DNA from: an uncultured Clostridia bacterium
GTDB lineage: Bacteria; Bacillota; Clostridia; TANB77; CAG-508
Assembly: GCA_944386665.1 (NCBI GenBank)
Contig: CALXBZ010000115.1
Span: 1-38,855 of the forward strand
DNA: 38,855 bases
Reading direction: 5' to 3'
Shown: in pieces, positions 28,673 through 37,377 of the stretch
Numbering within the stretch: the first letter of the stretch is position 1
Layout: each line of letters begins with the position of its first letter
Program-made: the position numbers and the translations under genes
Notes under the pieces: generated by a model
Database searches by the model: none
The model's input: the letters and a program-made list of their open reading frames with translations, nothing else
Told to the model about the DNA's origin: nothing

Positions 28673-31000
28673 ATGCCTTTAAATAACGAGAATAACAATG
28701 AATGTTGTAAATGTACAACTCCAGAAATACATATAGAGCTTAATAAACAAGGACCTCAAGGACGTCAAGGTAATCCTGGACTTGATGGGTTTAGTCCTGA
28801 TATATCTATAGCAGAAAATACTGAGAACTCTTTTAAGCTTAGAATTGAAGACAAAGATGGGGTAATTACTACTCCTAATCTTAAAGCTACATTACCAGTA
28901 GGTGGTCAAGAAGGTACGGTATTAACTAAGAATAGTTCTACAGACGGGGATGTATCTTGGCAAATGCTACCTAACGCTTCTCCAGAAAATCCTGGTATGG
29001 TTGAATTAGCAACTACAGAAGATATGACCCCTGATGAAAGCGGAGAGATTAATGACTTAAAAGCTGTAACACCAGCATTATTTAATAATGAATTAACTAA
29101 ACAAGTACAGAACTTTATAGTAGCTGGTGATAATATAACTACTTCTGTAGATGATGAAGGTAAAGTAACTATTAATGCAGAAGCTGAACCTTATACATTA
29201 CCACAAGCAAACGCAACTGCTCTAGGTGGTGTTAAAGCTAATCCTAAAACCGATGAAGATACGCAGCCTGTTAATATAGATGCTGCTACTGGATTATTAT
29301 ATACTAAAGCAGGTGGTGGTACTGAATTAGTCCCTGCCACAGATACTACATTAGGTGGAGTTATCATTGGTGATGGTCTATCTGTTGATACTGAGGGGGT
29401 AACATCATTAGATTTAGATGTGGAAGAACCATTACAAATAGTTGAAAGTATACCTAGTAATCCACATATAGAATCTGGAGCAGATGGTAAAGGTGTTTAT
29501 GGTTTAGATGTAATAGCTTTTACTCCTAAGAATGGACATAGTGTTACCGAGGATGTAAATCAGCTTAATACATCTCTAATGAATGTTGGTGATACAGTAA
29601 CATTAAGCATTAAAAATAGAACAAACAATATAATTGATTGGGAAAATAATATCTTAGAAGCACCTTTATATATTCAAGACAATGCGATGATATTTGCTAT
29701 TGGTTTTAATTGGGAGTTAATGAATATCTCAAATATTAATAGTATGGGGGAAATAGGTACTATATATGCCAATAGAGACCTTGAAGGCAATATTACTCCT
29801 TTACTGTATATAACAACAGAAATACCTTTTGCTGAAGGAAATCAATATAATAAATCGTGTGGATATAAATTCTTGGACAATGGAACAGCTCAAGATAATT
29901 CTACAACTAATTACCAACTAGAGTGTATTTACTCTTATAGGTCTGCTTGGCAAGCTGCTAATGGTCCAGAGTTAATGTATATAGTAAAATTTATTCGCAA
30001 GGATAGTGGTCTATATGAATTCGACATTTGTGGTAACCAACCTATATTTGACTCGAATAGATTAAATTGGAATAATTGGTTATTTTATGATAAGCAATCA
30101 AGTACTAATTGGCACGGAATAGCACAGAATATTGATACCTCAAATATTGAAATTAATTGTGTTTTTTATGTATTAACTCCAAAAAATAATGACCACTTAT
30201 ACAATAAAAATTATCCATTCTTAGCTAAATATACAGGAAATATAAATGCATTTGGTGCAAAAGACCACGGATTTCCAGCTGTAGTTGATGCAATGACTCA
30301 ACATTATGTTGAAGCATCACCTGCTAGTGGTACACCTAAATTATCTTTAAATTATGATAACTCTACTATTAAAGTAAATGAAAACAACCAGTTGTATGCT
30401 GATGTAGCAATACCAGATAATATTACTACACAAGGTAATACTTTTAATGGGGCTAATCAACTTGTACAACTAGACGCCTCTGGTAAACTTCCTGCTATTG
30501 ATGGTAGTCAATTAACTAACTTACCAGGTGGTTCTGCCCCTACCAATATGGTAACTACTGATACAGAACAAACTATTACTGGTGATAAAGTTTTTACTGG
30601 AACATTGACATTAGGTAATAATAGTTCTACGTATGTATATACAAATGGTACTGGTAATATAAATACGGCAAATCTATATACTGATAGTTTAACAATAGGT
30701 GGTCACTATAAAAACAGTACACAAGCTACTACAAAAGCCTCTTCCTCTATATCCTTTACAAATATTAATCATTCAATACAAAATCCAATAGATTTATTAT
30801 ATTTTAATTCTCAAGATAAATTTAGTGTAGGTAATACAGATTGTCCTTTAATATTGGAAGGAAGCACAATTACAGCAAATGGTAATAATATAGTTACTAC
30901 TAATGATACTACGCCTCTTGTTATATGGAGAGGTACTCAATTAGAATATGATGGTATAACTAGTAAAGATGCGAATACTTTATATATAATAACAGGATAA
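28673..31000 (+). CDS. Tail fibre / receptor-binding protein
   Basis: Short collagen GXY stretch, YTLPQA..LGGV and PATDTTLGGV repeats, LVQLDASGKLPAIDGSQLT and QTITGDKVF fibre motifs, C-terminal WRGTQLEYD...DANTLYII. Confidence 0.85.
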   Translation: MPLNNENNNECCKCTTPEIHIELNKQGPQGRQGNPGLDGFSPDISIAENTENSFKLRIEDKDGVITTPNLKATLPVGGQEGTVLTKNSSTDGDVSWQMLPNASPENPGMVELATTEDMTPDESGEINDLKAVTPALFNNELTKQVQNFIVAGDNITTSVDDEGKVTINAEAEPYTLPQANATALGGVKANPKTDEDTQPVNIDAATGLLYTKAGGGTELVPATDTTLGGVIIGDGLSVDTEGVTSLDLDVEEPLQIVESIPSNPHIESGADGKGVYGLDVIAFTPKNGHSVTEDVNQLNTSLMNVGDTVTLSIKNRTNNIIDWENNILEAPLYIQDNAMIFAIGFNWELMNISNINSMGEIGTIYANRDLEGNITPLLYITTEIPFAEGNQYNKSCGYKFLDNGTAQDNSTTNYQLECIYSYRSAWQAANGPELMYIVKFIRKDSGLYEFDICGNQPIFDSNRLNWNNWLFYDKQSSTNWHGIAQNIDTSNIEINCVFYVLTPKNNDHLYNKNYPFLAKYTGNINAFGAKDHGFPAVVDAMTQHYVEASPASGTPKLSLNYDNSTIKVNENNQLYADVAIPDNITTQGNTFNGANQLVQLDASGKLPAIDGSQLTNLPGGSAPTNMVTTDTEQTITGDKVFTGTLTLGNNSSTYVYTNGTGNINTANLYTDSLTIGGHYKNSTQATTKASSSISFTNINHSIQNPIDLLYFNSQDKFSVGNTDCPLILEGSTITANGNNIVTTNDTTPLVIWRGTQLEYDGITSKDANTLYIITG

Positions 31001-31004
31001 TATT

Positions 31005-31700
31005 ATGACATTAAATTTAGGAACAACTAATATAAACAAACTATATCTAGGTACTACAGAAGTAGTTAAAGCTTATCTTGGTACTACTTTAGTTTATGGT
31101 AATAATACTCCCACTAGTTATGTTTTAAATTCAGATTATATAGATATTATAGGAGATGTAACAATAGATAATCAAGGAGTAGCTACAAACTTCTTAGCGG
31201 GGAATTATTTAAAGTTTAAACAACCATTTAATCCAGGAGATGATAACTACGAAATAGTAATTAAAGCTCTAGTTGGGAACGGTTCTGATGGTACACTATC
31301 CCTATTTGGGGTTAAAGATGTTTACTCATTTGTAATTGGTGCTGACACTGATACTTCTCGATTTACTATATGGGCATCTAGTAATGGAACTAGTTGGGAT
31401 TTAGATAATAGTAGTCTGGTTAATACAACAAATCATAGCCACTTATTATTATATTGGAAATTAAGTTATGATAATAATACCAATACTACATCTATAGCAT
31501 CAAGTACCGATGGAACATCTTACATAAATATCAAGAATTATAATTCTAAATTATATTTCAATAGTGATTGCTATTTATATATAAGCGGTAATAGAAGTAA
31601 TACAGGTAATGAAATAGGAGCTAATGCCCAAGTTTATCTAGCAGAAAGCTATTATAAAATAGGCACAAATAGTTCAATCTATTTTGCTATACCAACATAA
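31005..31700 (+). CDS. Distal fibre-associated protein with putative lectin-like beta-sandwich
   Basis: N-terminal LGTTNINKLYLGTTEVVKAYLG motif, which typically follows fibres ending in DxNTLY. Beta-rich C-terminus. Confidence 0.6.
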   Translation: MTLNLGTTNINKLYLGTTEVVKAYLGTTLVYGNNTPTSYVLNSDYIDIIGDVTIDNQGVATNFLAGNYLKFKQPFNPGDDNYEIVIKALVGNGSDGTLSLFGVKDVYSFVIGADTDTSRFTIWASSNGTSWDLDNSSLVNTTNHSHLLLYWKLSYDNNTNTTSIASSTDGTSYINIKNYNSKLYFNSDCYLYISGNRSNTGNEIGANAQVYLAESYYKIGTNSSIYFAIPT

Positions 31701-31718
31701 GAAAGGAGATATAGTTTT

Positions 31719-31751
31719 ATGGCTTGTAAATCAAAGAAGAAAAAAAGATAA
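31719..31751 (+). CDS. Putative 10-aa basic micropeptide MACKSKKKKR
   Basis: Strong GAAAGGAG RBS at 31701-31708 upstream of the ATG. Confidence 0.45.
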   Translation: MACKSKKKKR

Positions 31752-31916
31752 CCATTTTAACTCAATAATCAATTTAAGATAGCTAGCGTTTGATTTAAGG
31801 AGGGTTAGTATATTAGAGGATAACTTATACCTCGACGATATTTAACCCCTCTTAACAAGCTTACTAGCCACCTCTAATTAAATATTTTACAAAATAACAA
31901 GGAGATAATTTACATT

Positions 31917-32204
31917 ATGAACATATTTGAAAAACTTTGGAATAAGGTAAAAACATTTTTTAAGAAGGCTGATGGGTTTAGAGAAGCCTTAGAAAATAAA
32001 ATAGCGGATTGTTTAGAAGATTTAGACAATTGTGAAGATGTCGATGAAGCAGAAAAAGAATTAGTAGCTAAAGCAATAGACTTTGCTTGTAGTTATTATG
32101 GGGTAAAGAATGTACCTGCTGGTGTAACTGATGAGATAGGAGAGGTAGTAGTTGATGCTTTGGGAAAGCTCAACAACAAAGTCCAGGACCAACTAAGGAA
32201 ATAA
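31917..32204 (+). CDS. Hypothetical protein with N-terminal amphipathic helix (possible -1 frameshift extension to 32299)
   Basis: AAGGAG RBS, MNIFEKLWNKVKTFFKK N-terminus, slippery G GGA AAG at 32162-32168. Confidence 0.75.
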   Translation: MNIFEKLWNKVKTFFKKADGFREALENKIADCLEDLDNCEDVDEAEKELVAKAIDFACSYYGVKNVPAGVTDEIGEVVVDALGKLNNKVQDQLRK

Positions 32205-32300
32205 GATATAAAGACGAGAAAAAGGTAGACTTTAATATAAGGCCGTATAGTCCATACGGACGGTCTGGTATCTGGTTGAATTTTATTTGGAGAATATAAT

Positions 32301-33431
32301 ATGGTAGATTATTTAAACTTAGAAGATATAGCTGCTCGATTGGTAGGTAAGAGTAATCCTACTAAAGTATATCACGGCAGTATGTATGGATTATTAGATA
32401 ATGTCGATTTTAATTATTATGGAAAAGGTGAGGGTAGTAAATTTTATGACCCTAATGATGTAGAGCTACCCAATCATTATTCTATAGATGATTATAAAAC
32501 TGCGGGGCATTACGCTGGTAAAGGTTTAGGCTACCCTTTAAACCAGCAAGGAGCTGTAAATATAGAATATCTACCCGATGAAAAATATTATATCAATCCA
32601 GACTTACCCTTTAATCAACAATCTAAAGAAGTACAAGAGGCATTAATTAAAGCAGGGTATTATAATCCTTCAGCATATAATGCTGATGATTATTATAAAT
32701 ATATGAAGGGAGAATTAAGAATAAAAGGTCTATCTCCTATGCAAAAAATAGATTTATATAATCAAATAGATAATGCTCTGACTAAATACGGAGAAAATAA
32801 AGCTATAGAAACTTGGCTAAACTATGTTAATAAAAATCCAGAAGTAAGTTTCTTACCTGGAGAAAAACTAGTTTATGGTGGAAATGACGTATTAAACTAT
32901 AGAGAAGCTTTAAAAGCTGCTAAAGAAGCAGGATTGGAAGGAATTGTAAGATATAAGCCTGCTATGCCAGAAGCTGGTTTAAAAAAAGAAGCCAGAGTAT
33001 TTCAATCACTCCATCCAGAAAATATAGAGATAGCTAACAACCCTAAATTAGGTAGAAGATTATATGGGGATTTTAATGAATATAATAAAACTTTGCAGCA
33101 ATTAGCAGAAGGATTAAATAAAGCTAAAGAACTTCAGCAAGCAATTTTAAATAGACCAGCAATTCAAGGGGTTTTTAATCATCCAATGACTAAGGCTCTT
33201 GGTAAAGCAGCTGGTACAATTATGAACGCTACTAATGCGGTTGGTGATGCTATGTTGGTTGGTGATTATATTAATAAAACTTCTCAATGGCATCCTGATA
33301 ATATCCAATGGAATCAATCTGGTAATCCTATACCTACTAGAGGAGTAGGAATGGTTGTACCAGCTAGCCAGCAACAACCTTGGGAAGCTTCACCTGTTAG
33401 ATTATATGGGGGAATAAGTTACTATGATTAA
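32301..33431 (+). CDS. ADP-ribosyltransferase-like (ART-PolyVal-type) protein
   Basis: VYHGS...F...GKGEG...Y...A..YA N-terminal motifs and distal AGLEGI.Y...VF...PENIEI. Confidence 0.6.
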   Translation: MVDYLNLEDIAARLVGKSNPTKVYHGSMYGLLDNVDFNYYGKGEGSKFYDPNDVELPNHYSIDDYKTAGHYAGKGLGYPLNQQGAVNIEYLPDEKYYINPDLPFNQQSKEVQEALIKAGYYNPSAYNADDYYKYMKGELRIKGLSPMQKIDLYNQIDNALTKYGENKAIETWLNYVNKNPEVSFLPGEKLVYGGNDVLNYREALKAAKEAGLEGIVRYKPAMPEAGLKKEARVFQSLHPENIEIANNPKLGRRLYGDFNEYNKTLQQLAEGLNKAKELQQAILNRPAIQGVFNHPMTKALGKAAGTIMNATNAVGDAMLVGDYINKTSQWHPDNIQWNQSGNPIPTRGVGMVVPASQQQPWEASPVRLYGGISYYD

Positions 33432-33972
33432 ACCAGAGCTATTAGATAAACGCCACACATATATCTTATTAGAATATGGAACATCAGCTATTAGTAAGTT
33501 AATACAAAAATTTACTAAGGAATATTATCCAGAAGCTGGAGACCATATACCTACTCACGTACTTGCTCTTAGCTTTGAGGATGGTATCTGGAGAGTATAT
33601 GAATCCCATATGAAGCCTGAGCCTGATGTAGAGTTACCTTCTGGAGTTCGTACATATCCTTTAGATATTCTTAAGCAAGCATTCCCTTCTACTTATTACA
33701 AAGGGGAAGTATATCAAGTAAGGTTTGATAGAAGAAAGTTAAAGAACTATCTTGGACAACCTTATGGTATAGGAGATATTGCTTCTCTTATGGGAGCTGC
33801 TATTACTAATCGTAATGGTAAACAACAGGACCGTAGAGGATTAGTATGTAGTGAGTATTTAGCTTTAGCTCATAAGAATATTAGGAAATATCTCTATTTA
33901 AAATCTCATTGTATTACTCCTATTCATTGGTTAAAATACTTACAAGAGAATCATATACCTAGAGTTTCTTAA
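33424..33972 (+). CDS. Permuted papain-like NlpC/P60 (YiiX/YebB-type) enzyme
   Basis: His before Cys: PTHV...VYES...YLGQPY...LVCSEY...ITP. Confidence 0.75.
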   Translation: MIKPELLDKRHTYILLEYGTSAISKLIQKFTKEYYPEAGDHIPTHVLALSFEDGIWRVYESHMKPEPDVELPSGVRTYPLDILKQAFPSTYYKGEVYQVRFDRRKLKNYLGQPYGIGDIASLMGAAITNRNGKQQDRRGLVCSEYLALAHKNIRKYLYLKSHCITPIHWLKYLQENHIPRVS

Positions 33973-34066
33973 TCTTTTATTATATCCCTTTCCAAGAGGA
34001 AAGAAAAGAAATATATAAAGAAAAGAAAGAGAAGGTTTTCCCTTAGAGGATTTAAAAAGTAAACAT

Positions 34067-34213
34067 AAAAAAATCTAGCCCAAGTAATTACTACTTGCCC
34101 TAGTTGAATTCCTCTTTATTAAATTAGGATAGCGAATAACCTATCGTTATCAGTAGGGGAGCAAGCTCCGAACTTATTTATTATATCCCTATTCCTGTCG
34201 GAAAGTCTCTACT
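34067..34213 (-). ncRNA. Candidate small RNA (about 145 nt)
   Basis: Upstream TTGATT-N18-TACAAT promoter with extended -10 TG (34217-34246), 5' stem-loop, terminal hairpin plus U7, and no ORF-track ORF. Confidence 0.4.
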
Positions 34214-34300
34214 TATATTGTACCATACTTAAATAAAAAAAATCAAAAAGTGGTATAAGAATTTTACATATTGATTTTATTTTATAAGGAGAAAATCCTT

Positions 34301-34525
34301 ATGGTAACTGCTTTAACATTATTATTAAGCTTTGTAAATTTTATTTTAATTGTTGGTATTATATTATATTATTTTCATACTCACTTTATAATTATCGATA
34401 GAGATTCTTGGAATACTATTTCAGAATATATGCAAGCATCAGAACCAGAAGAAGTACAAGAACTTCCTGGAGGGAATGGTTTCTTTAAAGAATATATAGA
34501 GGAAGAAGATTATGATGATGAGTAG
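34301..34525 (+). CDS. Single-TM membrane protein with acidic tail (lysis-module candidate)
   Basis: An AAGGAG RBS supports the ATG at 34301. N-terminal TM helix, directly upstream of the endolysin. Confidence 0.65.
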   Translation: MVTALTLLLSFVNFILIVGIILYYFHTHFIIIDRDSWNTISEYMQASEPEEVQELPGGNGFFKEYIEEEDYDDE

Positions 34526-34569
34526 TTACATCATCCAATTAACTACGTTAATTTATGGAGTAAATTATT

Positions 34570-35028
34570 ATGAGGATTAATGAGAAAGGGTTAGCTCTTA
34601 TAAAAGAATTTGAAGGATGCCGTTTGACGGCCTACCGTTGTCCAGCAGGTGTTTGGACTATAGGTTATGGCCATACTCAAGATGTTAAATCAGGTATGGC
34701 TATTACAAAGATAGATGCTGAAAGATTTCTACGTCAGGATATCCGTAGGTTTGAGGAAGCTGTAACTTCTCTTATTAAAGTACCAGCTACTTCTAATCAA
34801 TTCTCAGCACTAGTTAGCTTTGCTTTTAACGTAGGGATTAATAGTCTACGTACCTCCACTCTTCTTAAGAAATTAAATAGAGGGGACCTTAATGGAGCTG
34901 CTAATGAATTCCTCCGTTGGAATAAAGCAGGGGGTAAAGAATTACCAGGACTTACTAGACGTAGAGAAGCAGAAAGAAAATTATTTCTAACTATTGATAA
35001 GAAAGATTACTTAGATAGTAGATTATGA
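34570..35028 (+). CDS. GH24 lysozyme (endolysin)
   Basis: FEGCRLTAYRCPAGVWTIGYGHT catalytic region, ALVSFAFNVG and GLTRRREAE motifs. Confidence 0.95.
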   Translation: MRINEKGLALIKEFEGCRLTAYRCPAGVWTIGYGHTQDVKSGMAITKIDAERFLRQDIRRFEEAVTSLIKVPATSNQFSALVSFAFNVGINSLRTSTLLKKLNRGDLNGAANEFLRWNKAGGKELPGLTRRREAERKLFLTIDKKDYLDSRL

Positions 35029-35111
35029 ATATTAATTCTCCGGGGTCTAGGAGCCCGTTTAAGACGGGTTAAATATTGTAGAGGATAAATTATATATAAA
35101 GGATATTAACT

Positions 35112-35282
35112 ATGGATAAAGATACAAGAGAGATCCTTAAATTAATTCACGAGGATATACAGCAAATTAGAAAAGATATAGATGATTTAAAGAGGTTTAA
35201 AAACCGAGTACTTGGAGGACTAGCTCTCTTTGTATTTATAGTACAATCCTTCTCATCTTATATATTTGGTTGTTATAAGTAG
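35112..35282 (+). CDS. Small coiled-coil plus C-terminal TM protein (holin/XhlA-like candidate, 56 aa, not in ORF track)
   Basis: Translation MDKDTREILKLIHEDIQQIRKDIDDLKRFKNRVLGGLALFVFIVQSFSSYIFGCYK. AAGGA RBS, directly after the endolysin. Confidence 0.6.
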   Translation: MDKDTREILKLIHEDIQQIRKDIDDLKRFKNRVLGGLALFVFIVQSFSSYIFGCYK

Positions 35283-35293
35283 TAAATATAGAC

Positions 35294-35335
35294 AAAAGAA
35301 AACCCGCTTGGATTAATTTCCTTGCGGGTATTTTT
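35294..35335. terminator. Bidirectional terminator between the convergent arms
   Basis: ACCCGC...GCGGGT stem flanked by an A-tract and a T-tract. Confidence 0.75.
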
Positions 35336-35468
35336 GTATCTATATTATTTTTAATTGTATATTTATTGTATCATTATCCAATAATTTAATGGATTGGATT
35401 GTTATTCCTTTACCTATAAACTTAGAGAGGAATTTCATTATCATCTTCCGTATCATATTCATCTCCTA

Positions 35469-35639
35469 TTATTCATCAGATAAACCAAGACATCGCCTAA
35501 GTCTCTTTCTAATTTCTCCGTCATAATTATCTGTATAATTCTTAAATATAAAAGCTTCTACTAAGTCTGCTCTAAGGTTTACTAATTCTTCATAGGTAAA
35601 TCCATATAACATAGGAGTTATGTTAGACTTTATTTTCAA
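35469..35639 (-). CDS. Small hypothetical protein (56 aa, TTG start, not in ORF track)
   Basis: AAGGAGG RBS; the start overlaps the previous stop. Confidence 0.45.
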   Translation of the reverse strand: MKIKSNITPMLYGFTYEELVNLRADLVEAFIFKNYTDNYDGEIRKRLRRCLGLSDE

Positions 35640-35977
35640 AATATATCCTCCTTATCATTTGGTTGTTTTTCTTCCTCACTACTAATTAGAATAGTCTCTA
35701 GGTTATTTATATAATCTACCGCTTTATCAACGAGATACATTATAAAGTCAAACTCTTCTTTATCTTCATTAGCACTACGTTTAATATTATAAATAAGGTC
35801 ATACTTATCACGTTCAAATTTATGAGGTATCTCATCTCTAGATATTACTTTGATTTCTTTATGTTGCCATCTCTTACGAAATGTTAGAGGAGCCAGTAAA
35901 TCATCTAAATATTTAGAGGGTTCTCCATTCTCTATAGTAATATCATATTCTCTATTATACCAATTAGTTAACTTCAT
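35636..35977 (-). CDS. Hypothetical protein
   Basis: 113-aa ORF with a GAGGT RBS. Confidence 0.65.
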   Translation of the reverse strand: MKLTNWYNREYDITIENGEPSKYLDDLLAPLTFRKRWQHKEIKVISRDEIPHKFERDKYDLIYNIKRSANEDKEEFDFIMYLVDKAVDYINNLETILISSEEEKQPNDKEDIF

Positions 35978-36049
35978 AACAATACCTCAACAATCATAAT
36001 ACCTGTAAGAAAAGATAGAAGAGTCCAACATAATATTAATATAGTATTC

Positions 36050-36517
36050 CTAATCACTAGCATCATCCTCCTTAGGTATATCTATATAGCTACCTTTAAA
36101 AGATTTCTTAGTAGCATAAGCCATCATTATTCTAGTAAGGAAATGTCCTTTATGGTCGTCTTGTGTATCACCTTTCTCCATAGCATAGAGGTGGATTAAA
36201 GCGTGGTTAAGATGGTCTTCTTCTGGTATAAGTCTCCAGTTATTCATTGGATATTTTCTTACACCTTCTTCTAGTGTTTTAGCTATTTGAATTAAAGCAT
36301 CGGGTACTTGTTCCAAAATATCTAAAGTCATATTATCCTTACTTATTTCACCATTCATATATTTTATTACAGGTAAAGCTAGCTTATATTGTTGCTCAAA
36401 AAATCCATACATAAATATAGGGTCTACTAAATGGAAAGCTCCTATTGCTTTAGATTGTTTACCACCTTTATTATTAGTAACTATCTCTGCATCTTTACCT
36501 ATTCCATCTATATTCAT
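36050..36517 (-). CDS. dATP/dGTP diphosphohydrolase-domain (DUF5664-like) protein
   Basis: IAKTLEEGVRKY..NNWR...HLNHALIHL...D..DDH..H...R.MM pattern. Confidence 0.7.
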   Translation of the reverse strand: MNIDGIGKDAEIVTNNKGGKQSKAIGAFHLVDPIFMYGFFEQQYKLALPVIKYMNGEISKDNMTLDILEQVPDALIQIAKTLEEGVRKYPMNNWRLIPEEDHLNHALIHLYAMEKGDTQDDHKGHFLTRIMMAYATKKSFKGSYIDIPKEDDASD

Positions 36518-36520
36518 TAA

Positions 36521-36745
36521 TCATCCTTTCAATCGTAATAGCTTTAAATATCTATATACTACAAATCTTTTAAGTAGTTTATTACTTACATATTTATATC
36601 TAATATTAAACATAATATGAGTAAAACAATACTGATAGAGATTGTAGGTATCATATCCATTAATTATTTTTCGTTCAATCATTCGGTAATTCTTTATAAC
36701 AATCTTCACATATAAATATATAAGGGTCAGATAAATCTGATACAA
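36521..36745 (-). CDS. Hypothetical protein
   Basis: ORF filling the operon; the true start is probably an internal ATG. Confidence 0.4.
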   Translation of the reverse strand: MYQIYLTLIYLYVKIVIKNYRMIERKIINGYDTYNLYQYCFTHIMFNIRYKYVSNKLLKRFVVYRYLKLLRLKG

Positions 36746-36902
36746 ATTCTACATCTAAAGCGTAGCCTATTTCTAACTTATCATTATCCTCTCCGCACAT
36801 ACTACATCTATGAGGGAGTTTAGCTTTATTATACATCTGTTTAGTATGATGTAACCCTTGAGCATTTAATGCATCTGCAAATATTTCATCTTCTATACTC
36901 AT
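36675..36902 (-). CDS. Small zinc-finger protein
   Basis: CSMC...CEDC zinc-binding pair. Confidence 0.65.
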   Translation of the reverse strand: MSIEDEIFADALNAQGLHHTKQMYNKAKLPHRCSMCGEDNDKLEIGYALDVEFVSDLSDPYIFICEDCYKELPND

Positions 36903-37094
36903 TTATTCTTCTTCCTTTCTTGGTTTTAATGCTTCTGCTATAATATCAAATACTTTATTAATTGTTCCTCTAATCTCTTTATGTGCTTGGATATCAGCAA
37001 CGAGAGTGTTCTGAACATTTAGTAATGCTTGTTTATATATATAAGCTTTATTAGTCTTCCTCATTAATTTCTTTCTCCTCCTGTTCTTTTTCAT
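36903..37094 (-). CDS. Hypothetical basic protein
   Basis: ORF in the operon. Confidence 0.55.
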   Translation of the reverse strand: MKKNRRRKKLMRKTNKAYIYKQALLNVQNTLVADIQAHKEIRGTINKVFDIIAEALKPRKEEE

Positions 37095-37377
37095 TTACTG
37101 TATCTATAATATCTTGTTGAAGTTTAACCATAACATCTAAGAATACAGAGAATGGTTTCTTATGGAAAGTTTTAATATCCAAGTAGTTATCGCAGACTAT
37201 TCCTATCTTACCAGCAAAAGGAAATACACTATGAACTCTATATCTTTCCTTTTCAGGTTCCTCATAAACAACAAACTTAGGACTACTGTATTTTAATTGC
37301 ATAGCTCTTACACAAGCTATATATAAAACATCCTCTATATCTTCAAAAGTTATATTATATATTTCTTTATCTGTCAT
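37051..37377 (-). CDS. Hypothetical protein
   Basis: 108-aa ORF with an AGGAG RBS. Confidence 0.65.
   Translation of the reverse strand: MTDKEIYNITFEDIEDVLYIACVRAMQLKYSSPKFVVYEEPEKERYRVHSVFPFAGKIGIVCDNYLDIKTFHKKPFSVFLDVMVKLQQDIIDTVNEKEQEEKEINEED

Noticed and set aside
28673-31700. Diversity-generating retroelement or invertible tail-fibre cassette
   Set aside because: No reverse transcriptase, recombinase or template/variable repeat pair was seen.
34140-34160. Possible hammerhead ribozyme core (CUGAUAA on the minus strand)
   Set aside because: It does not match CUGANGA, and I could not place a GAAA core with the three required stems.
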